From a virus, in IMG/VR virus record IMGVR_UViG_3300022908_000002, positions 1 to 64,000 of that record: a stretch of 64,000 bases of DNA. One strand, given 5' to 3'. The notes beneath the pieces were generated by a model, which searched no databases, was not told where the DNA came from, and worked only from the letters and a program-made list of their open reading frames with translations. Position numbers and translations under genes: made by a program. Positions 50,944 to 61,800 of the stretch are shown piece by piece; the stretch's first letter is position 1, and each line of letters starts with the position of its first letter.

Positions 50944-53817
50944 GTGTATCTGAACAACACCGACGAATCCATTGTCATGTGGCTGGGGGAAGCGATTCTG
51001 ACCAGTCAACTCGACGTGCAGGTCAACTTTGTCTACTACCAGACCGGCTCTGTCGCCATCAACGGGATGGCATCTATTTCGACCGGGACGACACAGGCCA
51101 CGATTGTCGCGGCGGGCTCCAACGCGGAAGCCAAACAGGTCCGCGAAATCAGTATCTACAACAAGGACACGGCAACCCATGTCGTCTATGTCTCGTGGCA
51201 CAAGAATGTCACCGATACGATCATTGCCAAGCAAAGCGTTCCGGCGGGGTCCACGTTGCATTACGCCGAACAGACCGGCTGGAATGTCATTCCGGCAGTC
51301 GGGTCCAGTGGTGGCGGTGGCGGCGGCACAGCAGACGGGATCGGCGGACAGGTCATCGTTGCCGCCTCGGATGCTCCAGCGATTGTCAAAGCACGAGCGT
51401 ACCTGACCTGTGACGGGATCGCGGATCAGGAACAGATCAACCTCGCGCTCTCCACACTGGGTGTCAGCGCGCACGTCATGCTCTCGCAGGGCACCTTCAA
51501 CATCACGTCGCCGATCCTGATCAATCAGCACGGCACGACACTGGTTGGCAGTGGCGTCGGACAGAAGGCAGGGTCCACACAAGTCGGCCCCGGCACGACG
51601 ATCAAGGCCGCCGCCGGGTTCACCGGACTGGCGCTGGTTCAAGTCCTCTCCGGATCGACGATCTACCCGGTCTACGGTTGCACGCTGCGTGACTTCACGG
51701 TGGACTGTGACTTGCAGGGCACGACCTCACACGGTGTTTACTTCTCGTCCAATCGCGGGTTGATCAACCATGTTCACGTCTTCGATGCGATGGGCGATGG
51801 TTTCATCTTCAACGGTGTTGCCGGGTGGGACACCTACGACTCCGTGATCACTGAGTCACAGGCATCTGGCTGTGGTGGAGCCGGTCTGCATTTCTTCACC
51901 GACTCCCCCGACTGTCATTCCATCGGCAATGTTTTCTTTGACAATCGCTACGGTATCCACATTCAGTCGGCGTCCGAGCAGATCACCAACTGCCACACCT
52001 ACAACAACACCGATTACAACTTCTACCTCAACAACTCCGGGAGTCGGACAAAGGTCGTGGGCTGCAAGATCGAGGGATCGGGCAAGCACGGGGTCTTCAT
52101 GGATTCATCGGGCGGCAACGGCACCTCGGACGTCCAGTTTGTCGGCAATAACTTCAAGAACTCGGGCGACTCCGCCGACAACACCTACGATCACGTCAAC
52201 ATTGCCGGACTGACCGCAGCTTCGCACTCGCGCGCCGTCTTCTCGGGCAACACCTTCTCCTACCAGTCCAGTGTCACGCCCAACAAGCCTCGCTACGCGA
52301 TCAATCTGACTGGTTCTGTCGCACAGGGCATCACGATTGTCGGCAACGCCTTTGGTCCATCCACGCACTGGGGCACTGGGGTCATCTTCGACAACAGTTC
52401 CGACACCAACCCGGCGTTGATCCGGGCTAACAAGGGCTACCTTGACGACTCCTATGTGATCTACGTCAAAGACTTTGGGGCCAAGAACGACGGCTTCACG
52501 GATGCTGCCGTCGCGATTCAGGCGGCACTGGACGCGGTGCCCGTCGGTGGTGGCATCGTCCAGTTCGATGAAGGCAGCTACGAGATTCGGACGCCACTGG
52601 TCATCACCAAGGATGGCACCGTGCTGCGTGGAGCAGGCTATGGCAACAGACTGGCAGGCACACAGGACGGCTGGGGCACGCGCCTCTCGGCTGATCCAAC
52701 CTTTGTTGGGGCAAACCTGATTCTCTGGCAACGCGCACTGGACGACCGCACCCTCTTCGGCGGGGGTATTCGCGATATGTCACTGGATGGAGCCTCGGTG
52801 GCGGCCCTGAAGGGCGTCGTGGGCAAGGTTGAGTCCGCGAACTTCCAGAATGTGGCATTCCATCAGTTTCCGGGAGACGCACTCACGCTTCAGGGTTATG
52901 CCTCGTGGAAAGCGGAATACAACCAGATCGACAACTGCTATTTCACTACGCTGGGTGATAGCGCGATTGTGCTGGGGACAGATTCCAAAGACACGCGCAT
53001 CACCAAGAATGTCTTTGAAACCGTTGCCGACAAGGGTGTGGACATCCAGACCAGCGGTCATCTGATCCACGGGAATATCTTCCGTTCGATCACGATGCAG
53101 GCGCTGCTCTTCAACAACTCCGGGAACCGGGTCCGAGTGACGAACAATCACTTCAGCGGCATTGGGCGGGAGACGATCCTCTTCGACAACACCACGACGG
53201 GATTCAGCGATGTCACGGTTAGCGGGAACACCTTTGAGGATTCCGGGATCACGACGACCAACACCTACGACACGATCCTCTTTGGCTCGACCGCAACCGC
53301 CATCTCACGGATAGCGATTACTGGCAATGCGTTCCTGAACAGCAATGCCAACAAGCCCCGCTACGGGGTCAACTACCCCGGTTCCGGTTCGCAGAACAAT
53401 CTACTGGTCGGGAATACCTTCGGCCCTGCGTCGCACTGGGGCACGGGTCCGGTCAATGACAACTCCAACGCGACTACCCCGACATTGATTCAGAACAATG
53501 TAGGCTTCCTCCGTGATCTACGGGCAGTTTCCAAGTCCACGACTTACACAGCGGTTCCGCTTGACGATGTACTGGTGGTGACAGCCGGGGCATCCGACAA
53601 GACGATCACGCTCCCGACCGCAGTCGGAGCCCAACCTCGCGCAATGACGATCATCCGGGCCGATGGAGCCGTAGGCAATGTCATCATCGATGGCAATGCA
53701 GCAGAGACTATCAATGGTGCGGCAACCAAGACACTCGGTGCGCAGTACAGCGCCATCACCATCCTGCCTTTCAATAGCAATTGGCTGATCATGAATCAAG
53801 TCGGTACTGTGACGTGA
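50944..53817 (+). CDS. tailspike with two tandem right-handed beta-helix (pectate-lyase-like) modules
   Basis: 957 aa. YVKDFGAKNDGFTDAAVAIQAALDAVPVGGGIVQFDEGSY is typical of the pectate_lyase_3 N-terminus. The duplicated motif KPRY..N..G.......VGN.FGP..HWGTG occurs twice. Confidence 0.75.
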   Translation: MYLNNTDESIVMWLGEAILTSQLDVQVNFVYYQTGSVAINGMASISTGTTQATIVAAGSNAEAKQVREISIYNKDTATHVVYVSWHKNVTDTIIAKQSVPAGSTLHYAEQTGWNVIPAVGSSGGGGGGTADGIGGQVIVAASDAPAIVKARAYLTCDGIADQEQINLALSTLGVSAHVMLSQGTFNITSPILINQHGTTLVGSGVGQKAGSTQVGPGTTIKAAAGFTGLALVQVLSGSTIYPVYGCTLRDFTVDCDLQGTTSHGVYFSSNRGLINHVHVFDAMGDGFIFNGVAGWDTYDSVITESQASGCGGAGLHFFTDSPDCHSIGNVFFDNRYGIHIQSASEQITNCHTYNNTDYNFYLNNSGSRTKVVGCKIEGSGKHGVFMDSSGGNGTSDVQFVGNNFKNSGDSADNTYDHVNIAGLTAASHSRAVFSGNTFSYQSSVTPNKPRYAINLTGSVAQGITIVGNAFGPSTHWGTGVIFDNSSDTNPALIRANKGYLDDSYVIYVKDFGAKNDGFTDAAVAIQAALDAVPVGGGIVQFDEGSYEIRTPLVITKDGTVLRGAGYGNRLAGTQDGWGTRLSADPTFVGANLILWQRALDDRTLFGGGIRDMSLDGASVAALKGVVGKVESANFQNVAFHQFPGDALTLQGYASWKAEYNQIDNCYFTTLGDSAIVLGTDSKDTRITKNVFETVADKGVDIQTSGHLIHGNIFRSITMQALLFNNSGNRVRVTNNHFSGIGRETILFDNTTTGFSDVTVSGNTFEDSGITTTNTYDTILFGSTATAISRIAITGNAFLNSNANKPRYGVNYPGSGSQNNLLVGNTFGPASHWGTGPVNDNSNATTPTLIQNNVGFLRDLRAVSKSTTYTAVPLDDVLVVTAGASDKTITLPTAVGAQPRAMTIIRADGAVGNVIIDGNAAETINGAATKTLGAQYSAITILPFNSNWLIMNQVGTVT
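51331..53515 (+). repeat. intragenic tandem duplication of a ~360-aa beta-helix module
   Basis: Module 1 is about 51331-52443 and module 2 about 52444-53515. Shared strings: NTYDHVNIAG/NTYDTILFGS, KPRYAINLTG/KPRYGVNYPG, FGPSTHWGTGVIFDNSSDTNPALI/FGPASHWGTGPVNDNSNATTPTLI. Confidence 0.7.
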
Positions 53818-53848
53818 TGATCAGTCATCCCTGTGAGTTGGTTACGCC

Positions 53849-54130
53849 GTGGATGTATTTGAATGGGCGATGCAAAACGGCGAGCGAATCACAGCCAGTG
53901 GCTTGTTGCTGTTTATCGTTATCTTCGCCGCTATAGCGCTCGACAAGAAATGGATCGTTCCCGGCTGGGTCTATCAAGAGTGCATCAGCCATGTGGGTAC
54001 GCTCGAAGAGAAGGTCGAGGCGCGCGTCAAGGCCCAAACCGAGACGATTGAGAGATTGGAGGCGGAACTGCGTACACTACGGGAGGCAAAAGACAACACA
54101 TATGTCAATGTCAGTGAGCCACAGCAATAG
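53849..54130 (+). CDS. membrane protein, holin candidate
   Basis: 93 aa. One transmembrane segment (SGLLLFIVIFAAIAL) plus a coiled-coil tail. First gene of the lysis cluster. Start is uncertain (53849 or 53870). Confidence 0.5.
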   Translation: MDVFEWAMQNGERITASGLLLFIVIFAAIALDKKWIVPGWVYQECISHVGTLEEKVEARVKAQTETIERLEAELRTLREAKDNTYVNVSEPQQ

Positions 54131-54139
54131 GAGAGAGGT

Positions 54140-54223
54140 ATGGACTACCGAAACGGCAACAATATCCTGATCACCGTACTGGTGGTCTTGGCGATCATCG
54201 CCTTGATCATCTGGATTTTCTAG
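54140..54223 (+). CDS. 27-aa single-pass membrane peptide (absent from the ORF track)
   Basis: MDYRNGNNILITVLVVLAIIALIIWIF. GAGAGAGG RBS 1 nt before the ATG window. Fits exactly between the holin candidate and the endolysin. Confidence 0.5.
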   Translation: MDYRNGNNILITVLVVLAIIALIIWIF

Positions 54224-54236
54224 GAGAGGACACGCA

Positions 54237-55226
54237 ATGACGTGGCACACGATGCCGGGTGCCAAGCGCACTGTCTATCTACCCGATTGGATTAGATTCT
54301 TCGTCAAGATACTGCCCCCGACGCAGAAGAATCAGCGTCCGGGCATTATCATGTGGGGCTCTCCTCAGTGGATTCAACACGAGACAGCCAACTACAACAC
54401 CGGCGCTGACGCGGAGATGCACTACCGCTTCCTCGTGAACGGTGCGAATGGCACTCCACTGAGCTATCACTTCACCAACGATGACGCTGAGATTTATCAG
54501 ATGATCCCGTTGAATGAAGTGACGTGGCAGGCCGCGTGCGGAGCCTGTGCAGGCAACTACGACTGCTGGTCCAACGAACTGTGTGTCAATCAGGGCATCA
54601 ATGAAGCCAAGTCGCGCGACATTGCGGAGTGGCTCGCAGCCGGTGTTCTCGAAGCGCACGGTATCCAGCCAGTCAAGGCCAATATCACAACGCACTGGGA
54701 CTGGAACAATGTCTACGCAGGTGGTCCAAACGATCCTGATCGACATCACTGCCCGGAGCAGATGCTGTTTATTGATAAATACTGGCCGACCTATGAGGAT
54801 CGAGTTATTCAGAAGTACGCCGAGATAAAGGCGTTGCGAGAGGGTCTGGTGAAACCGCAACCTGTTCCTCCGAAACCCCCCAAGTACCCGAAGCCAGAGA
54901 CACCCGATGGGTTCAACACCAATGCTCCCTTGGATCACCCCGCCGACAACATGAAGTACCGCAAGACGACGGTTTATATCTGCCGCCGGAACTATCGAGT
55001 TGTCGCCAAAAAGGGAGCCGGTCGTCTTGTCACACCCGATAAGGGTGCCGAGAGCGCAGGTCCACGCGCCAAGTGGAACGAGAAACTGTATGGGCACGGT
55101 TTGTGGGTCAATCCGGATACCAATGTGACGTACATCCTTGACGAGACTGGTTACTGGATTCAGGCGTCCTCTCTGACCCCGAATATAAAGATCACACCCA
55201 GAAAGGTAGATGACGACGATGAGTGA
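54237..55226 (+). CDS. endolysin: N-acetylmuramoyl-L-alanine amidase (Amidase_2/PGRP type) with Pro-rich linker and C-terminal binding domain
   Basis: IQHETANYNTGADAEMHYRF...SYHFTNDDAEIYQMIP...WSNELCVN...THWDWN...HHCP. Linker PQPVPPKPPKYPKPETP. RBS AGGAGAGG. Confidence 0.85.
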   Translation: MTWHTMPGAKRTVYLPDWIRFFVKILPPTQKNQRPGIIMWGSPQWIQHETANYNTGADAEMHYRFLVNGANGTPLSYHFTNDDAEIYQMIPLNEVTWQAACGACAGNYDCWSNELCVNQGINEAKSRDIAEWLAAGVLEAHGIQPVKANITTHWDWNNVYAGGPNDPDRHHCPEQMLFIDKYWPTYEDRVIQKYAEIKALREGLVKPQPVPPKPPKYPKPETPDGFNTNAPLDHPADNMKYRKTTVYICRRNYRVVAKKGAGRLVTPDKGAESAGPRAKWNEKLYGHGLWVNPDTNVTYILDETGYWIQASSLTPNIKITPRKVDDDDE

Positions 55227-55431
55227 TAAGGGGGGTATTCATGCCAAGTCACAAGTGAGTATTGGCATTCATTACGAGGGGTCAGATACAAATCAACCCT
55301 TCGATGAAGTACGGGGTGTCACCGTGTATCATGATGATGATGGCGAACCCATTACCGACCCTACGACCATAGCGCTCTGGGAGTCTCAGCAGGCTGAGAA
55401 GCTGGCTGCTCTGAAACATGGAGAAGAGTGA
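55210..55431 (+). CDS. hypothetical protein
   Basis: 73 aa. No transmembrane segment or lipobox, so not spanin-like. Confidence 0.5.
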   Translation: MTTMSDKGGIHAKSQVSIGIHYEGSDTNQPFDEVRGVTVYHDDDGEPITDPTTIALWESQQAEKLAALKHGEE

Positions 55432-55619
55432 TGTTCAAAGAAGGCCAGCAAGTCGAAGTAACCGTTCCGGCTACTGCTGACGAAGAAGAGTCTTCATTCA
55501 CAGGAACCGTCCTCCGCGAAGCGGACGAGACGCCGGTGCTTGTCACTGGACCGAACAACAATGTTCGAGGCTATCCGATTGAATGGGTGGCAGACGCGCC
55601 CGAGGATGAAGACGAGTAA
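55428..55619 (+). CDS. hypothetical acidic protein
   Basis: 63 aa. GTGATG overlap. Confidence 0.5.
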   Translation: MMFKEGQQVEVTVPATADEEESSFTGTVLREADETPVLVTGPNNNVRGYPIEWVADAPEDEDE

Positions 55620-56023
55620 TGGCCCTCACTAACACTGGCCGTGATTACATCGCGGCAGCGATTATCGGTACGGATACTGGTACCGCTGGACAAGCACTCA
55701 CAACCTTCAACAATGCCAATGCCGCGCTCGGGGTTGGTGACTCGTCTACCGCCTTTACGACCGCGCAGACCAACTTGGTTGCAGCAACCAACAAGCTGCG
55801 CAAGGCGATGCAGGCAACCTATCCTTCGGTTGCCGCCAACGTGATCACAGCGGTATCTATCTTCGGTACGTCCGACGCGAACTATGCGTGGAACGAGTTC
55901 GGGTTCTTCAATAGCACTACTGATGGAACCGGAACGATGCTGGCGCGAGTTGTGTCCTCACAGGGCACCAAAGCTGCCGGTCAGACGTGGACGTTGACCT
56001 ACACCCTCACACTGTCGGTCTAG
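55619..56023 (+). CDS. hypothetical protein, possibly tail-fibre related
   Basis: 134 aa. The WNEFGFFNSTTDGTGTMLARV segment resembles the E.GlF..dG motif of tail-collar fibre proteins. This is a weak call. Confidence 0.45.
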   Translation: MALTNTGRDYIAAAIIGTDTGTAGQALTTFNNANAALGVGDSSTAFTTAQTNLVAATNKLRKAMQATYPSVAANVITAVSIFGTSDANYAWNEFGFFNSTTDGTGTMLARVVSSQGTKAAGQTWTLTYTLTLSV

Positions 56024-56049
56024 CCTCTCTCGCAAGAAGGCGCTGACTG

Positions 56050-56844
56050 ATGCCCTATTCATTCCCAACACGATCAGATGGCGTTGGCAATACTATCGGC
56101 GCCTCTCATATGAACGCAGTTCAGGATGCGATTGAGGAAATTGGCCTGAACTCTGAGTCCGTTGGATCAGGCATCTATGCGTCTCGACCTGCGTCTGCGT
56201 CGGTCAATGCCGGTCGTCTCTATCTGCCCACGGATAAGCCGGTTATCTGTCGAGACAACGGAACAACGTGGGAAGAGTGGGACTTGGCCAGTGGCGCAAA
56301 ACTGACTTTGCCCAACTCTGCATCGTTTTCTTGGGACAATCAGGGCGCTGCCTCTATCGCTACGGTCAACGGTCGTGATGTCCTGACCAGTCCAACTGGC
56401 AGTGTTTTTCGCGGACGGACAGTACCCGCGACAAATCCTATGTTTGTCAAGGCAAGACTGTCCGCAGCGACAGTAGTTGGCGGCAACTCGTCAATTGGCT
56501 TGTGCATTAGCGATGGTACAAAGTTGGTGGCATGGGAAGCGATGACCACGTTCGGTGGCGGTGGTATGCGTAGCGGAAAGTGGACCAGCTCCACCGCTGG
56601 GTTCAATGCCACCTACCTCAACTTTTCAACCGTTATCTTTGGTACCACGGCTATATGGCTTGGGTTGCAGGATGATGGGACGAACATCATTTTCTGGATG
56701 AGTCAGAACGGTGTCGATTGGATCAAAATGGAGAGTCGTGCCCGTCTTGACTGGCTGGCCAGTCTGACAACAATTGGTTGGTATTACAGCAACCAATCCG
56801 GTCAAACGGGCGATGCTGTTCTGTACTCGTGGGAGAAAGTCTGA
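56050..56844 (+). CDS. tail fibre / lectin-fold protein (putative)
   Basis: 264 aa. N-terminal GASHMNAVQDAIEEIG is typical of fibre proteins. The rest is beta-rich. Confidence 0.5.
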   Translation: MPYSFPTRSDGVGNTIGASHMNAVQDAIEEIGLNSESVGSGIYASRPASASVNAGRLYLPTDKPVICRDNGTTWEEWDLASGAKLTLPNSASFSWDNQGAASIATVNGRDVLTSPTGSVFRGRTVPATNPMFVKARLSAATVVGGNSSIGLCISDGTKLVAWEAMTTFGGGGMRSGKWTSSTAGFNATYLNFSTVIFGTTAIWLGLQDDGTNIIFWMSQNGVDWIKMESRARLDWLASLTTIGWYYSNQSGQTGDAVLYSWEKV

Positions 56845-57227
56845 TGCCTACGCTGTACGCGGACGACGCCAACGTGATCATTCGCTGGCTTCGTAACTCC
56901 GAGGAAGAGGCGACATATCCTGATTCTCCCGAGGGCGCTGTCTCGACGCTTACGTTCCCAACTGAGGGCAACAAGCCCTTGGTCAGTGACATCACACTGA
57001 GCACGATTCCCTATCTCTTTGACGGTACTGTTCTGACGAAGGATGGCGCTCCTGTCACGGTTGATATGAATCATCCGGACAGCCGCAAGCAGATGATCGA
57101 TGATCTGGTGGCTCTCCAGTCAACGATTCAAGCGGCATCGACAGTCAATCAGTTGAAAGGTGGCGTGCAGGACTTGCGTCGCATCCTGCTCACCGTTGTC
57201 CGCAACGTCGAGATAATAGGTGAATAA
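56844..57227 (+). CDS. hypothetical protein
   Basis: 127 aa from ATG 56844 (TGATG overlap). Confidence 0.55.
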   Translation: MPTLYADDANVIIRWLRNSEEEATYPDSPEGAVSTLTFPTEGNKPLVSDITLSTIPYLFDGTVLTKDGAPVTVDMNHPDSRKQMIDDLVALQSTIQAASTVNQLKGGVQDLRRILLTVVRNVEIIGE

Positions 57228-58381
57228 TGGCGATCATCTTCCTCTCGGACGGAGCCGCTGGAATCGGCGGAACCCTGACGGCGGCAAGCATCTGGAACGG
57301 TCCAACATCCGGAGTCGTTACGTTTCAGAACGCAATCAAGTCGCACGGTGCGGGAGCGCTCCAGCATTTCAGCGGCGCATCTGCATCGGCATATGTCGCT
57401 CGACTTGCCTGCCTTGCTGACGCTGGGCGGCGCATCAACCTGAACGTCTCCTTCAACGGGTACGGCGGATCGGGTGGCTCCGGCATCATTCGCGCCCTGA
57501 ACGGATCAGTCACAAACTTTGAGATTCGGCTGACAAATGCCGGAAAGCTGGCGCTCTATGGCGGCTCTTCCGGGACGACGCTCCTCGACACCAGCACCAT
57601 TACGCTGTCGCTCAACACCTTCTATCGGATTGCCCTCTGCTATGTGATCACCAACACCACTATCTCCGAGTTCCGCGTCTACGTGGACGGCGTCCTTGAA
57701 TGTACGGCGAGTAATCCGACGTCACAGGGAACGCTGGCCAGCACGCTGCGCCTCGGCTGGACAGGCACAAGCCCCGGTGTCAACATCAGTATGTTCACCT
57801 CTGATATTTATGTTGACAATGACACATCGCTGGCCGATCCCGGCGAAATCTTCGTGACGAACAAACGCCCCGCCGGATTGGGGGCCACGAATGACTTCGC
57901 TGTCGTTGTTGGCACCGGCACGAATCGCTGGGATCGTGTAGCAGAACTGCCCGTAAATACTGCTAATCGCTATTCACAAACCGCCACGGGTCAAGTGAGC
58001 GAGTCGTATACGGTTGAAGCAGCAGCGGTCGGAGACGATGATCTGACAGGGGCGACGCTGCTGGGCTGGGCCCCGTGGGTCCACTACGCGGTTGTCACCT
58101 CGTCGGGCTCGACGTTGGCGTCGATGATCGCCAACAACGGAATCGTGGCGATGACCACCACGCAGGCATCGGGCATCTATCAAACCATCGAGACGATCAT
58201 CGCATCGACCAGCTATCCAAGCGGGAACAACGTGGTTGGTCTACGCTCAACGGGCACGACAGTCGATACGCATCTCGCCGAGTGCGGCATCTTCATTGCC
58301 TACACCGCTGCCGCAGCCTTAGACCCCGGCCCCGCCTATCCCCGCAGTCGTTCGTCCCGTTATACGCAATTACGTTCGTAG
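57227..58381 (+). CDS. hypothetical LamG / concanavalin-like jelly-roll protein (putative)
   Basis: 384 aa. FYRIALCYVITNTTISEFRVYVDGVLE resembles a LamG strand pattern. Confidence 0.45.
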   Translation: MAIIFLSDGAAGIGGTLTAASIWNGPTSGVVTFQNAIKSHGAGALQHFSGASASAYVARLACLADAGRRINLNVSFNGYGGSGGSGIIRALNGSVTNFEIRLTNAGKLALYGGSSGTTLLDTSTITLSLNTFYRIALCYVITNTTISEFRVYVDGVLECTASNPTSQGTLASTLRLGWTGTSPGVNISMFTSDIYVDNDTSLADPGEIFVTNKRPAGLGATNDFAVVVGTGTNRWDRVAELPVNTANRYSQTATGQVSESYTVEAAAVGDDDLTGATLLGWAPWVHYAVVTSSGSTLASMIANNGIVAMTTTQASGIYQTIETIIASTSYPSGNNVVGLRSTGTTVDTHLAECGIFIAYTAAAALDPGPAYPRSRSSRYTQLRS

Positions 58382-58393
58382 GAGAAGCATCTC

Positions 58394-58864
58394 ATGACCA
58401 GATACGCTGTCACCTTTGATGAGGTGGCTGTCAGTGCCCAGCAAGACCTGTTCGACATCGCTCCGGCAGCGAATCGACCGATCATCATTCACGAGATTGT
58501 GATTACCCAATCAAGTGATGTGTCGGAAGCACAGGAAGAGTGGCTCCACCTTCGCTTCGTGCGCGGATTTGCCACGGTCGGATCGGGCGGAACCACCATG
58601 ACCCCTGTTCCGCTCTCGGTGGTTGACTCTGCAACCGGCGCGACGTGTCGGATCAATGACACCAGTAAGGCGGTCGTAGGCGCTGGCACAACCGAAGTGC
58701 TTCGTTCGGACAACTTCATGATCCGGTCGGGGTACTACTATCTGCCCACCCCGGAGTCCCGGATAATTGTTACGGCAACGAGCACACGTTTCGTGGTCCA
58801 GTTGAACACGACTCCGACCGATGCCCTCACGATGTCAGGAACCCTGATCTTCGAGGAGTTGTAA
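58394..58864 (+). CDS. hypothetical protein
   Basis: 156 aa. Confidence 0.6.
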   Translation: MTRYAVTFDEVAVSAQQDLFDIAPAANRPIIIHEIVITQSSDVSEAQEEWLHLRFVRGFATVGSGGTTMTPVPLSVVDSATGATCRINDTSKAVVGAGTTEVLRSDNFMIRSGYYYLPTPESRIIVTATSTRFVVQLNTTPTDALTMSGTLIFEEL

Positions 58865-58870
58865 GCATCC

Positions 58871-61800
58871 ATGGGCACGTTTCGTCGCCGGTTTGATTAT
58901 CGCGCGAGACGCGCCCCAGCTCGGGGGCTTCCTCCTGTTCCCGTTGCTGCTGCATACGGCAGTGGGCGATACGGGGTTGATTACTACGATATTCCGCCCG
59001 TCCCCATCGTCGTCAATGACAGCGGCACGATTGTCGGTACAGACTCATTCGCAGCGCTTTCCAACGACTGGCCCCGTGTCAACTCGACCCCAACCACAGC
59101 GTCGGTCTATAACAGCGCCGCTACGCTCACCTTTTCTCATACAACACTCAGTCAGGCTGATCGCCTGCTCATTGTCCGCGTTCACAACCGCGCGTCATTT
59201 GGACACGCCCCTGTAACGAGTGTGACGTGGAACGGCAATGCGCTGTCCTACTTTGGGCGATTCGTCAATGGCGGTACGGATAGCTCCATTGAGTTCTGGT
59301 ATCTAAAGAATCCGACCGCGAATACAACCGGCAATGTTGTCATCACGCCGCCGTCTTCGCGGTCGATAGTAGCTGGCGCTGTCACCTACGCCAACGTCGA
59401 TCAGAACACCACCTTCCGACGTAACTCGGTCATCGGTGCAGAGGGAGGTACCGGCACCGCTTTCTCTGTCACCGATAACAACTCACGCTTCGGGGACATG
59501 ATCATTGCGGGTGTTGCCCGGAACATTTCTGAGAACATTTCTCCGGCTGGTGGCGGTGAGGATTACGACGTCTACAACGGTACGAACCTCAAAGGCGAGG
59601 GCATCAGTCGTCTGGGTGCTGCGGACGGTACGGGCGAAGTTGTTGGCTGGACCGTTGCTACCAGTGAGTTCTACACCGTCGCTGAGATTGCGATCTTTGC
59701 GCCCGGTATTTCTGTTGCTGATAGTGGAACCATTGCCGGTACTGAAGGGCTGAGTCGCGCATTTGCGAACTTGGCGACTGATACGGGCACGATCACGGGC
59801 ACCGATTCTGTCACTGTTGCGGCAACACGTCTGGTTACAGACAGCGGCACTGTTACCGCAACCGATACGGTTGCCCTGACCAGCACTGTCCCTGTCGCAG
59901 ACAGCGGTCCAATCGCAGGCACAGAGACACGCACCCCCGGTGTCACGCTCCCGGTCGTCGATAGCGGACTGATCACGGGCACCGATGACCTCTCTATCTC
60001 ACTGCCCAAGAGCGTCTCAGACAGTGGCACCATCGTCGGCACTGAGGGTGGACTGACTCCGACCCAGATGCCTGATGGAACCATCGTCAACTGGGCACGC
60101 AACCCGGATGGGAACGATCCACTGGCTCGTGGTCCGAACGGCGGTGAGCGTTGGATTGGGACATCGTTTGGTCTACCCAATCAGCCCAACGGAACGTACT
60201 GGACTGTCACCCGCGACAGTTCGATAACGTATTCCGGCACCTATTCCATCCTGCTGACGCTGACCGCTGCCGGAGCCGCCAAGTACGCCGCACTCGGCTT
60301 TCTCTACATCGCCCTTGACGGTGCGGCTGGTGCTGATCAACCGGACGAAGTCCGTAATCGCCCGGTCATTCTGAAGACCGGACAAGTCCTCAATTTCTCG
60401 TACTGGATGCGTCTGGCTGCGACATATGTTGGTGGCAATTCATCTGCTACTGACATTTACGGGATCACGACCGTCAGTAACAATGCGGACGCCTCTCCGC
60501 TGTCGCAGGTTGTCGATGGCAACTGGCAGCGCACCGCAGGGCAGGCTGTTGCAGCAACGGGCGGTGGGGCTGTCGTCTTTATCACGATTCCACTGACGGG
60601 TGGAACGACTGCCGCCAACATCACTGGTCTGCAAGTCCGTCTGGATAATATCGACCTGCTGGTTGATCAGGATTTGTTCGCGTCGCAGGGGCATATCTCC
60701 GGAAGCCTTGGCGCATCCTACGGGTGGTTCGGTGATCCTGACGTTTCAGCGTCGTACCTACTTGCCGCAACCACAAAGACGCCAGCCGATAGCGGCACGA
60801 TCAGCAGCACCGATGCGGTTGTTGTCACCCAAGCACTGACGGTTCCTGACACGGGTCTGATCGTTGGGACAGAGACGCGAGCCACTGTTGCGACATTGCC
60901 GGTTCCTGATACCGGACTGATTGTCGGGACAGATGGGCGAACCATTACCCAGAGTCTGACTGTTCCCGACACCGGCTTCATTGTCGGCACCGACGGACGT
61001 CTGATTACAGTTCCGGTGAGTGTCATCGACACCGGAATCATTGCAGGCACCGAAGCCTTTGCTTCGACGATGACACTGCCGGTGGCAGACAGCGGCTTCA
61101 TTGTCGGCACGGAGACACGGGTTCCGACTGTCACGATGCCGGTGGCAGACACGGGCACCGTTGTCGGGATAGATTTCCCCTCGCTTCAAGCCCCGAACAA
61201 TGTCCCCGATACCGGCACAATTACCGGTTCCGAGAGCACGACGATTGCGGTAGCGATCACGGTGGCGGACAGCGGCTTCATCGCTGGCACAGAAGCACTT
61301 GTCTCTACCCAGACGCTAACGGTGGCAGACACAGGTCTGATGACAGGTGTCGATACTGTCGCCACTCCGAGCGCGATCACCATCAATGACAGCGGTCTGA
61401 TCACCGGCACAGATGCTGCGGCGATCACCACCAGCCTGACGCTTCAGGAAACCGGTCTGATCACGGGGACGGACGGACGCACAATCACCGCTGCGTTGAG
61501 TGTGGCGGACAGTCGGCAGATCACAGGTGTTGATGCCGTCAGTGTCGCGCAAGGGGCACAGGCGGTTCCGGTGCTCGACAGCGGCACCATCGCCAGTGCT
61601 GACAGTGTCTTCGTCTCACTTTCGGTAGCGCGAGCGGACAGTGGCACCGTCACCAGTAGCGACACGGTGCTTGTCACCGTCATCGCTCAGCCGGTCTTTG
61701 ATCCGGGTGTGATCCAGAGTGCAGACGCGGTTGTCGTCCAGAAAGCGCTACGGCTGGACGATACGGCGACGATCACTGTCGCTGAAGGCATCTTCGTTCA

